The position numbers and the translations under genes are program-made. Below, piece after piece: positions 1 to 8,044 of a stretch of DNA of 44,636 nucleotides. How positions within the stretch are numbered: the first letter of the stretch is position 1; every line of letters starts with the position of its first letter. The notes under the pieces were generated by a model, which saw only the letters and a list, made by a program, of their open reading frames with translations, did no database searches and was not told where the DNA came from. The DNA comes from Patescibacteria group bacterium (lineage in GTDB: Bacteria; Patescibacteriota; Microgenomatia; UBA1400; PJMF01), in assembly GCA_018816385.1 (NCBI GenBank), contig JAHIVK010000054.1, positions 1 to 44,636 on the forward strand, written 5' to 3'.

Positions 1-137
1 TAATTATGGATAGATTTTATAGCATTTTCGTTGATTCTGATGACGATAGTAGCCTCAGCTACTTGAGGAAGAAGAAGCAAAGAAAATGCATAAAAGATGC
101 CATAAGTAGCCATTGCCCTTATTTCGCGACAAGTCTA
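1..137 (+). mobile_element. Family A palindromic MITE-like element (left end cut by window edge)
   Basis: Near-identical to 38055..38219; ends in CTTATTTCGCGACAAGTCTA. Confidence 0.85.
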
Positions 138-161
138 TTATATCCTAAACAATTAACCTAT

Positions 162-1586
162 CTAAGGGACTTGCAGTAATGTTAAAGAATTGGTCAATCC
201 TGGCTTTTTCCAGAGCGTACCGTATGCCAGTAAAATCTGATCGCCAGATTTAGCAATCCCCAACTGGGCAAACTGATCCAGGAGCTTTTGAGAACTTTCC
301 AGTTTGTCCGAGTCCGGCAGATTGATAATCATGCCTGTCACATCATACAACAAACTCATTTTGCGATAAGTTTGAGGGTTGCTGGTCAGAGCAATAATGG
401 GGACCTTAGGTCTGAATCGAGCCATCATTTTGGCTGTTTGACCGGTTTCGGTTAAACAAACAATTTTGTCAATTTTGGTCTGACCATTGTTGATAATTGA
501 ATCTTCAACCAAATCAGCTGAGGCTTGAGTCATAAATGAGGTTGTACCGGAAAAGACTGGATGTACTTGTTGACATGGTGCATGTTGTTCGTTAAATTCG
601 GCGATAGTGGCTTGAGTAGCTACGGCCTCAACTGGATACTTGCCAATAGTAGTTTCTTCACTCAACATGACCGCATCAGTCCCGTCGTAGATAGCATTGG
701 TCACATCAGATACCTCGGCTCTGGTTGGTCGAGGATGATCGACCATGGACATGAGCATTTGGGTGGCAGTAATTACGGGTTTAGCGTGTTGGCGACACTG
801 ATAAATAATGGTTTTTTGCCAGTAAGTTAATTTCTGAAATGAAATTTCGACTGCCAAATCCCCCCTGGCCACCATGACCGCATCAGAAGCAATGATAATT
901 TCTTCCAGATGATCAATAGCTGATTGATTTTCGATTTTAGCCACGATGTCTTGAGTTAAATTTCTCTTTTTGAGTTCTGCCCGAAGGATTTCAATATCCT
1001 CCGCAGTTCTGACAAAAGATAAACCAATGTAATCCACCAGTTCGTTGGTGATGATGTCCAGATATTTTTTGTCTTGATCAATCAGGGCGGGTAAGTTAAT
1101 AGTTACTCCTGGTGTATTAAGAGTTTTGCGATGTTTGACTTCAAAATTGCTTAAAGCTCTAGCGTTGAGGCAGTTACCTTCTTTGGATTTGATGATAAAC
1201 TCTCCCAAGCCATCATCAATTAATATTGAACCATCAACACTTAGTGCATCAATCACGGCTTGAGGAATTTGAGGTTGTTTGGGTTGGGGCTCATTTTGTT
1301 CAGAACAAAATTTAATGATTTCATCTTTGACCACTGGGAAAGATTTACCTTCTGCTAAATTAATCCGAATTTCTGGACCTTGCAAATCAAGTAGAATGGC
1401 AATCGGTTGATTCATTTCCTTGGCTACTTGATGAACTCGCTTAATTCTTTCCAAGTGCCAAGTTGGTTCAGAATGTTTAGTATTAAATCTGGCTACGTTC
1501 ATACCGTTTTCGATCAGCAGTCTGATAATTTCAATCGATTCGGTGGCAGGGCCGATGGTGGCCACAATCTTAGTTGCTTTAGTCAT
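162..1586 (-). CDS. pyk: Pyruvate kinase
   Basis: TKIVATIGPA, DLQGPEIR, KIEN, MVARGDL, ATQMLMSM..PRPTRAEVSDV, DAVMLSEET motifs. Confidence 0.97.
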   Translation of the reverse strand: MTKATKIVATIGPATESIEIIRLLIENGMNVARFNTKHSEPTWHLERIKRVHQVAKEMNQPIAILLDLQGPEIRINLAEGKSFPVVKDEIIKFCSEQNEPQPKQPQIPQAVIDALSVDGSILIDDGLGEFIIKSKEGNCLNARALSNFEVKHRKTLNTPGVTINLPALIDQDKKYLDIITNELVDYIGLSFVRTAEDIEILRAELKKRNLTQDIVAKIENQSAIDHLEEIIIASDAVMVARGDLAVEISFQKLTYWQKTIIYQCRQHAKPVITATQMLMSMVDHPRPTRAEVSDVTNAIYDGTDAVMLSEETTIGKYPVEAVATQATIAEFNEQHAPCQQVHPVFSGTTSFMTQASADLVEDSIINNGQTKIDKIVCLTETGQTAKMMARFRPKVPIIALTSNPQTYRKMSLLYDVTGMIINLPDSDKLESSQKLLDQFAQLGIAKSGDQILLAYGTLWKKPGLTNSLTLLQVP

Positions 1587-1680
1587 GAGTCCTTTCCATG
1601 TCCCTCTTGAGTTGTGGTTTAGTTTGGGTTAGAGTGATTTGGTAATTAAGGTAATTGTAAACTAAAGAAGGAGAACTGTC

Positions 1681-2178
1681 ATGGGAGATAACACACCAAA
1701 ACTGCAAACTGGAGATGATATTGCCATAGCGGCGGTTAGTCAACAAACCAAAGAATTAACCGAAGCTGAAGAAGTGGCTCAATCTAATGAATTGGCAGAC
1801 ACTTTAACTTCTCTGCAAAGTCTGATTGAGCGAAATGCCAAAAGGATTAATCAAGTCAGACAAGATTTGAGGGAGAAAAGAGAAAGTTTAAAAAGTGTTT
1901 ATGATAACGACGGCCAGTTGAGTGGCGCTCAGGAAGAGTTAAAACAGTATGACCAGAAAGTTAGAGAGCGCCGAGTTCAAATCAGTAATGATCCTCAAGC
2001 TGTCACCCTTAGAAATGACATTGGTGAATTAAATGAGAGCAAAAAAGACTTGGAAATGGCTTTGAGTGACCACTTGGTTAACTATTACCAACTCACCAAC
2101 TCCACCAGCTTTGATACCAGCGATGGTGATCAATGGGAGTTTAAAATCACGGCCAAAGTCAAGACTCAGCGCAAGTAA
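1681..2178 (+). CDS. Hypothetical coiled-coil protein
   Basis: 165-aa ORF, AAGGAG SD upstream, heptad-like E/Q/K/L-rich sequence. Confidence 0.75.
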   Translation: MGDNTPKLQTGDDIAIAAVSQQTKELTEAEEVAQSNELADTLTSLQSLIERNAKRINQVRQDLREKRESLKSVYDNDGQLSGAQEELKQYDQKVRERRVQISNDPQAVTLRNDIGELNESKKDLEMALSDHLVNYYQLTNSTSFDTSDGDQWEFKITAKVKTQRK

Positions 2179-2186
2179 TCAAAAAC

Positions 2187-2438
2187 CTACTTGGAAATCC
2201 GATCGGCAATCTTTTGCAAGACTAGAGGTGAGATATTCTTCATTCTCTTGAGAGAACGAGATCTTCTTTTAAGTCTTTTGATCTGAATTTTCACAGTGGC
2301 TCTTTCTTTGGAAGGTTTACTGTAGTATTGACCATCTTTGGCATCTTGGACGATGTCGGTCATGGACACCGCCTTCTTGAATTTTTTAATGACGTCATGA
2401 GTTGAATCTTTGCCTTGGGCTCTAATGATAAGTGACAT
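2187..2438 (-). CDS. rpsU: 30S ribosomal protein S21
   Basis: S21-like pattern (DS..DVIKKFKK ... YYSKPS..R, basic tail); strong SD AAGGAGGTGA favours ATG at 2438. Confidence 0.8.
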   Translation of the reverse strand: MSLIIRAQGKDSTHDVIKKFKKAVSMTDIVQDAKDGQYYSKPSKERATVKIQIKRLKRRSRSLKRMKNISPLVLQKIADRISK

Positions 2439-2500
2439 ACGGCTCACCTCCTTCCAAGTCTAGTTAGTCTACAGACTAATCTGAGCGACAATTATACCAT

Positions 2501-2983
2501 CTACTGGCTGGATTGACGGATCTGATGGGCTAGTTGGGCTAAATCTTTATCATCGGCACGAATTGAGTCGTTGGAGCTCAAGTATCCGGGATAAGTTTTA
2601 AAGAATTTTTTGTGGCTTTGGCTCTCGATATTTTTCCAAGCTTCCAGACCTCCCGTACCATGCATGGGAAAAAGTTTGCTGTGAAGATGATCAACGCCAA
2701 AGCCCTCAAAAAACATACCACACCTGGCTACATCTTCAAAGTAGTTGTCAAGAAGTCCTGCAACTTTTTTGGTGGCCACAATTAGTTCGCTCAACACTTG
2801 ATCAGATTGCTCAAAAGCATAGCTAGTATAGTGATCTTTGGGCATGACCACACTAAAACCTTGAGTGTTGGGAAAAATACTTAGGAATGCTAGGTGTTTT
2901 TCATCACTCCAAATGGTGTGTGATGGTACATCTCCTCTGACAATGGCACAAAACAAACAATCTTTTTTATTCAGCTTAAGCAT
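2501..2983 (-). CDS. HIT-family nucleotide hydrolase
   Basis: DCLFCAIVRG N-terminus, AFLSIFPNTQG, variant triad DHLHSKLFP. Confidence 0.88.
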   Translation of the reverse strand: MLKLNKKDCLFCAIVRGDVPSHTIWSDEKHLAFLSIFPNTQGFSVVMPKDHYTSYAFEQSDQVLSELIVATKKVAGLLDNYFEDVARCGMFFEGFGVDHLHSKLFPMHGTGGLEAWKNIESQSHKKFFKTYPGYLSSNDSIRADDKDLAQLAHQIRQSSQ

Positions 2984-3851
2984 AAATTTTTTTGATTAGG
3001 TCAATGATTTTATTTAAACCCAAAGGTGTGGCTTTTTGGCTTCTGTGTTTACGCGACCCGTTTAACAACATTTTGCCACTGGGATGATAATACCAAGTCC
3101 CCTCTGAATCAATTTCCAGTATTTTTGTATAGAGCGACTCGAGACTTAAAGCTTGATCTGGTCGAACTTTAATCCGAACATGCCCTTGTTCGGTATCTTT
3201 TCTGATGACTAGATCATAGCCCATTTTTTGAGCCAGCTTGAGAGTTTCATCATTTCTGGTGTCCAGCGCCAAACATTTGATTGATCCTAAATTAAAGGGC
3301 TGGCCTTTTTCCTTGATAATTTCTTCAGCCTTGATTTGTTGAGTTAAGACAGCATACACACTATCCAGACACTCAAAACCAAAATTGAGTTGTGAGTCAT
3401 CATTGTGGGGATCAAGATACTCCATGCCATGAATTAGCTCGTGAAGCATAAAAGTGTAACGGATGTGATTAGCCTCAGGCCAGGCAATTTCACCAAAATG
3501 ATCGACATCAGTCACATGTTGAACTAGGGCTTGGAGAGCTAAGTCAGTGACCAGTTCTGGGTGAAGTTTTGCTAGATGATCAAAAACTAGAGAACTTGCG
3601 GAAATGTGTTGTAGACCTCTGTCGGGTTGATGGTGATCGAACTCGCCCAGGCCGGTGTCAACATGCACCACTTGACTGGCATCAAAGCCCAAATGCAAGC
3701 GGTTAGTTTCTGATATATTGTCACCAGGATCAACAAAAGCCACTTGAGCCGAGGCATAATCTTGAGCATCAAAGCGCTTGAACAGCCAAACAGCAGTGAT
3801 GGCGTCTAAATCTGGGGCGTGGTGGGTGACAATTAGTTTTCTCTCAGGCAT
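2976..3851 (-). CDS. DHH/MYG1-like phosphoesterase
   Basis: VTHHAPDLDA, HVDTG, FDHHQ metal-binding motifs. Confidence 0.65.
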   Translation of the reverse strand: MPERKLIVTHHAPDLDAITAVWLFKRFDAQDYASAQVAFVDPGDNISETNRLHLGFDASQVVHVDTGLGEFDHHQPDRGLQHISASSLVFDHLAKLHPELVTDLALQALVQHVTDVDHFGEIAWPEANHIRYTFMLHELIHGMEYLDPHNDDSQLNFGFECLDSVYAVLTQQIKAEEIIKEKGQPFNLGSIKCLALDTRNDETLKLAQKMGYDLVIRKDTEQGHVRIKVRPDQALSLESLYTKILEIDSEGTWYYHPSGKMLLNGSRKHRSQKATPLGLNKIIDLIKKIYA

Positions 3852-4047
3852 GAGTGGTCATAGTATACCATCAATAAAAAACCAACCACACCATCCTTAT
3901 AAGGAGTGTTGTAGTTGGTGTTCCCCACCGGGAAAGTAAGCTTAGTATACAATAAATTACACTCAGATATACTCGGAAAATGGTATGCCTCATCAGTCAA
4001 TAGTCATCAGACTTGAGGTAGGGAATAATAACTATAAGCCTAAATAT

Positions 4048-5739
4048 TTATTGTACTTTCTGCGGTAAAAGTTTGGTTAAAACTTCTTTTTTGGATAAGA
4101 CTTGAGATTTTTGGCTGGTTCTGGCTTTCCACTCAACTGCATCTTGGGTTTTTTGAGATACCACCAGTCTGACAGGAGCACCAATCAAATCAGCTACGGC
4201 AAATTTTTTACCAGCTGGTTCGTCTCGATCATCCCACAAAACTTCTGTACCTTGTTTGATGAGTTGATCATAAAGTTGCTCCGCTGACTCTTCTCCACCA
4301 GGCAGAGAAATGAGTTGAACGGCGAATGGAGCCACTGATTTGGGCCAAATAATGCCATGTTCGTCATGGTATTTTTCCACAATGGTGGCCAGAGTCCTTC
4401 CAATGCCAATGCCATAACAACCCATGTAATAGGGTTTGAGTTGGCCATCTTCGGCTTGGTAAGTCGCCCCCTTCATCTTTGATGAGTAGTGAGTGCCTAG
4501 TTGGAAAATGTTACCTACCTCGATACCTTTAACCTCTGTCAACTTTTTGCCTTGATGATTAGTATGACCCGCTTGGGCCAAAGCAATATCGGCCTCAACC
4601 TCGGTTTTAAAATCTCGGCCGTAGTTAACATTAAAAGTGTCAGTTGTTTCAGTTTTTTGACCACCATAGAAGTTGATAACTGTTTTGAGTGATAAATCTG
4701 CCACATACAGTGCTTGATGTCCCCAGGAGTGGACAAAGCCAGGTTTGGTGTCTAGAGTTTTAAGATCTTCTGGAGTGGCTTCATCAAGTAATTCAATAGC
4801 ATCAATAGCTTTTTCTAGTTTAGTTTTATTGACTGTCAAATCTCCTCTGATGGTGGCAATCACAATTTGGCCAGTATCTTGGCGTTTATAAACCACGTTC
4901 TTTAAGAATCGCCACTTGGGTTGTTTAAAGTGAGTCGCTAATTTTGCCATATTGGTCACATCTGTGGGTAAATCTCGAACTTCCATAGGTAGAGGTTTTT
5001 CATCTGGGTTAATTGGCTCGAGCTTAACTTCTGCCACGTCTTCATGGGCGCAGTAACTGTCATCTGCGGTTTCTAAATAGCGGCTCTCCCCCACATTGGA
5101 ATCGACTATAAACTCATGACAGTACTCTCCGCCAATATAGCCATTGTCTGCCAAAACCTGTTTAGTTTTTAAACCTAGTTTTTCAAAGATTTTAAAATAG
5201 GCATCGGCCATTTGCCCATAAGTTTTCTTGAAGGTTTGAGCATCTGTATCAAAACTGTAGGCATCCTTCATTAAAAATTCCCGAGCTCTAAGCAAACCAC
5301 CCCTAGCCCTGAGTTCATCTCTAAATTTTTGGGAGAATTGGTAAATATTAAAAGGCAGATCTTTATAAGACAATTGAAATTTGCGGACCACATCCACAAA
5401 CATTTCTTCGGCGGTGCCACCTAAGGCAAATTTAGCACCGCGCCGATCGGCCAGAGTCATTAAACCAAAGTTGCCAGCATTTTGACGATTAGTTTCTTGC
5501 CACAACTCAATTGGGTGAAGCACAGGCGAGATCATTTCTTGGGCGCCGACCGAATCCATTTCTCGGCGAATAATATCCACTATTTTATTTTGGACTCTCA
5601 TGCCCAGAGGTAACATGAAGTAACGACCGGCCACACTTTCTCTAATAAAACCGCCTTTAACCAACAGTTGATGACTGATAAGTGTGGCATCTTTGCTGGT
5701 ATCTTTGGTGGGTTTGCCAAAAAGCTGTGAATACTTCAT
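4048..5739 (-). CDS. proS: Proline--tRNA ligase (bacterial type with INS editing domain)
   Basis: KFRDELRARGGLLRAREFLMKDAYSF, IEVGNIFQLG, MGCYGIGIGR. Confidence 0.97.
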   Translation of the reverse strand: MKYSQLFGKPTKDTSKDATLISHQLLVKGGFIRESVAGRYFMLPLGMRVQNKIVDIIRREMDSVGAQEMISPVLHPIELWQETNRQNAGNFGLMTLADRRGAKFALGGTAEEMFVDVVRKFQLSYKDLPFNIYQFSQKFRDELRARGGLLRAREFLMKDAYSFDTDAQTFKKTYGQMADAYFKIFEKLGLKTKQVLADNGYIGGEYCHEFIVDSNVGESRYLETADDSYCAHEDVAEVKLEPINPDEKPLPMEVRDLPTDVTNMAKLATHFKQPKWRFLKNVVYKRQDTGQIVIATIRGDLTVNKTKLEKAIDAIELLDEATPEDLKTLDTKPGFVHSWGHQALYVADLSLKTVINFYGGQKTETTDTFNVNYGRDFKTEVEADIALAQAGHTNHQGKKLTEVKGIEVGNIFQLGTHYSSKMKGATYQAEDGQLKPYYMGCYGIGIGRTLATIVEKYHDEHGIIWPKSVAPFAVQLISLPGGEESAEQLYDQLIKQGTEVLWDDRDEPAGKKFAVADLIGAPVRLVVSQKTQDAVEWKARTSQKSQVLSKKEVLTKLLPQKVQ

Positions 5740-5784
5740 GTTTTCTTAGACCAATTAAATAGAATTCTTTCGCTACAAGGCTAC

Positions 5785-6681
5785 CTACTTCCAAAACTCC
5801 ACTTCATCCGCAATCAACTTGGCGATGGAGATGGTTTCTACATTGTGGGGAAGAGTCTGATGATAAATAGTGTTGGTAATCACCACTTTTTCGATGGGTG
5901 CTGATTTGATTTTATCCAGCGCTCCTCCGGCAAATAGGCCGTGAGTGGCTAAAAAGTAGATTTGCTTGGCTCCTTCCGCGTGCAACAGTTTGGCAGTCTC
6001 CACCGCCGTACTGCCCCCCACAATAATATCGTCATATAATATCACCTGCTTGCCTTTGACATCACCCTGAAGACTAACCTCGGTCACTTTACCGGTTTGC
6101 AAATCTCGATGTTTATTAATATTTAGCAGTTCTACGTCAAGTTGTTTGGCAAACTGGCGGGAACGTTTGAGACCGCCAAAGTCCGGGCTCACCACTACTG
6201 TTTGTTTATGATTCAGATGATCTTTGACGTACTCCAGCATCAACTGTTCGGCCGAAATATGAGTGGTGGGCACCGAGAAAAAGGCCGGAATACTGGTATT
6301 GTGCAGATCAATTAAGACCACCCGCCGGACAAATGAGTTGGAAACTAAGTCGGCCACCACTTTGGCCGAGATGGGTTCGCCGGGCGAAAAAACTTTGTCT
6401 TGCAGGGAGTAACCCATCCAAGGGATAACGGCTTCAACCGACTTGGCCCCCATCCGTTCCAGGGCATCAGTCAGCAGGAGAAATTCAATAATTTGTTGAT
6501 CGGCCGGGCTCGAAAAAGACTGCAAAATCACCACGTCTTGGCCACGGACGTCATCCTTCACTTTGACTCGGCGCTCGCCATTGGCAAAAATGTTACTGGC
6601 AATTTTCACTAAAGAAACACCCAAGGCAGTGGCCACTTCAGTGGCCAGTTGGGGGTTGGATGAGCCGGCTATTAGTCGCAT
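5785..6681 (-). CDS. prs: Ribose-phosphate pyrophosphokinase
   Basis: FANGE, IPWMGYSLQDK, VVSPDFGG, YDDIIVGGST, ATHGLF. Confidence 0.95.
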   Translation of the reverse strand: MRLIAGSSNPQLATEVATALGVSLVKIASNIFANGERRVKVKDDVRGQDVVILQSFSSPADQQIIEFLLLTDALERMGAKSVEAVIPWMGYSLQDKVFSPGEPISAKVVADLVSNSFVRRVVLIDLHNTSIPAFFSVPTTHISAEQLMLEYVKDHLNHKQTVVVSPDFGGLKRSRQFAKQLDVELLNINKHRDLQTGKVTEVSLQGDVKGKQVILYDDIIVGGSTAVETAKLLHAEGAKQIYFLATHGLFAGGALDKIKSAPIEKVVITNTIYHQTLPHNVETISIAKLIADEVEFWK

Positions 6682-6774
6682 AAAGCTCCAAGTCGATTTA
6701 CTTTACGAGTTTCGCGCCTCCAGATCGGCTAAACCAAGTTTGGTTTGATTGCCGTAAAACTCGCGTTACTCATT

Positions 6775-6813
6775 GTAGTTTAACTGGTAACCAGGGTTTC
6801 GTCCAGAATGGAT
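6775..6813. repeat. 39-bp conserved site, copy 1 (GTAGTTTAACT-N9-GGTTTCGTCCAGAATGGAT)
   Basis: Both blocks identical, with the same spacing, to 7994..8032. Confidence 0.85.
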
Positions 6814-6865
6814 CATGACTAACAACGATTGATTTAGCTGGCACTTAACTTATGTGCCAAGAATT

Positions 6866-7783
6866 TTATGCAGTTCTTTGAGCAATTATCAAATCCAGTT
6901 CTTCTTCTGTCATCTGGAGCTGATCAGCAAGCTTATGAGCCTGGGCTAGATTTATTGAATTGTCACGATACAGCTCATCTATTTGATTTCGTATCTCCTC
7001 AATTTTGGTTCGAGTATTGCCAAATTGTGTGAGATCAGTCATCTCTAGGTTCATAATTATAGATAAGTATTCTGAATAGGTAGCGTCTTGTAATACTTGC
7101 CTTTTTTCTTTGATAACTTGTTGTAGTTCAGTTAATTGGGCTTCACTTATTTTATCATTAATCTTTTTGAGATCCATGACAGAACTAGCTTGGTTTATAG
7201 CAGTTTGAAAAGACTCAAATTGTTCTTCTTGAAATTGTTCTATTGAAGCTATTATTTTTTCTCTCAATCTACCAGCGTGAGAGTGACCAAGTCCACCTTC
7301 CGATTCTGTGCGATCAACATTCTCTCTTAAACTCAGGAACTTATCCATGGAATCAGCGTCGTTAATCTCTTGGATAAATTCGTCTTCTTGCTTATCCCAA
7401 CCTCCTATTAAGTCTCTTTGATCGCGTATCATCCGGACAAAATCATCATAAACTCGCCCATAAACTTGTTCTGGCGGACTGGTTCTTTGTTCAAACTCCG
7501 AAATCTTTTTGTCTGCCTCAGACTCAAAGAACGGTTGAGATGCACGATCTAATTCTTTTTGAGTCTCGGCTTGATGAACAGCTCTGGCATAAGTTAGAAC
7601 ATTATCTAGGCGTACGCCTTTTGGAGGATAAATTGTATCTAGAACGCGATCATCGAACTTTTGGCCCTTTTTAAATGTTGACTTAAACAGAGCAACCAAA
7701 TCATCAGTTGTTTTTCCTTCCGCTAAACTTGGGCCTATCAAATCTCTGGATATTTTTGGGGTGTCACGTTGTTCTTGATTCAT
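6866..7783 (-). CDS. Hypothetical acidic alpha-helical protein
   Basis: 305-aa ORF, AT-rich, no recognised motif. Confidence 0.75.
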   Translation of the reverse strand: MNQEQRDTPKISRDLIGPSLAEGKTTDDLVALFKSTFKKGQKFDDRVLDTIYPPKGVRLDNVLTYARAVHQAETQKELDRASQPFFESEADKKISEFEQRTSPPEQVYGRVYDDFVRMIRDQRDLIGGWDKQEDEFIQEINDADSMDKFLSLRENVDRTESEGGLGHSHAGRLREKIIASIEQFQEEQFESFQTAINQASSVMDLKKINDKISEAQLTELQQVIKEKRQVLQDATYSEYLSIIMNLEMTDLTQFGNTRTKIEEIRNQIDELYRDNSINLAQAHKLADQLQMTEEELDLIIAQRTA

Positions 7784-7858
7784 AAAATCATTGATCAGTT
7801 AAGTTTGTACTGATCACCTTTTTGGTTTTACAAACTACTGCGGTAATTATATCATAAT

Positions 7859-7987
7859 GCATCTTTTGACCATTTTCCCATTTTTATCTTCCTCAAGTAG
7901 CTCTGGCTACTATCGTCATCTAAAAATGGTGAAAATGTGTCAAAATCTATCATTAATTTCTTTATTTCTTATTTCACTACAAGTCTA
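7859..7987 (-). mobile_element. Divergent, one-ended family A element
   Basis: Shares core CTCAAGTAGCTCTGGCTACTATCG and end CTTATTTCACTACAAGTCTA with 41967..42132; stem arms differ compensatorily. Confidence 0.8.
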
Positions 7988-7993
7988 TTGATA

Positions 7994-8032
7994 GTAGTTT
8001 AACTCGAAGCTGAGGTTTCGTCCAGAATGGAT
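7994..8032. repeat. 39-bp conserved site, copy 2
   Basis: Direct repeat of 6775..6813. Confidence 0.85.
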
Positions 8033-8044
8033 TGAGACAATTTG

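Noticed and set aside
3882-3920. Imperfect hairpin downstream of proS
   Set aside because: Single copy and consistent with an ordinary terminator-like structure; no further support.
6775-8032. Hammerhead ribozyme (minus strand TCCA-TTC-TGGACGAAAC...GTT)
   Set aside because: The GGACGAAAC half matches, but the required CUGANGA core is absent (GTCATGA in one copy, nothing similar in the other).
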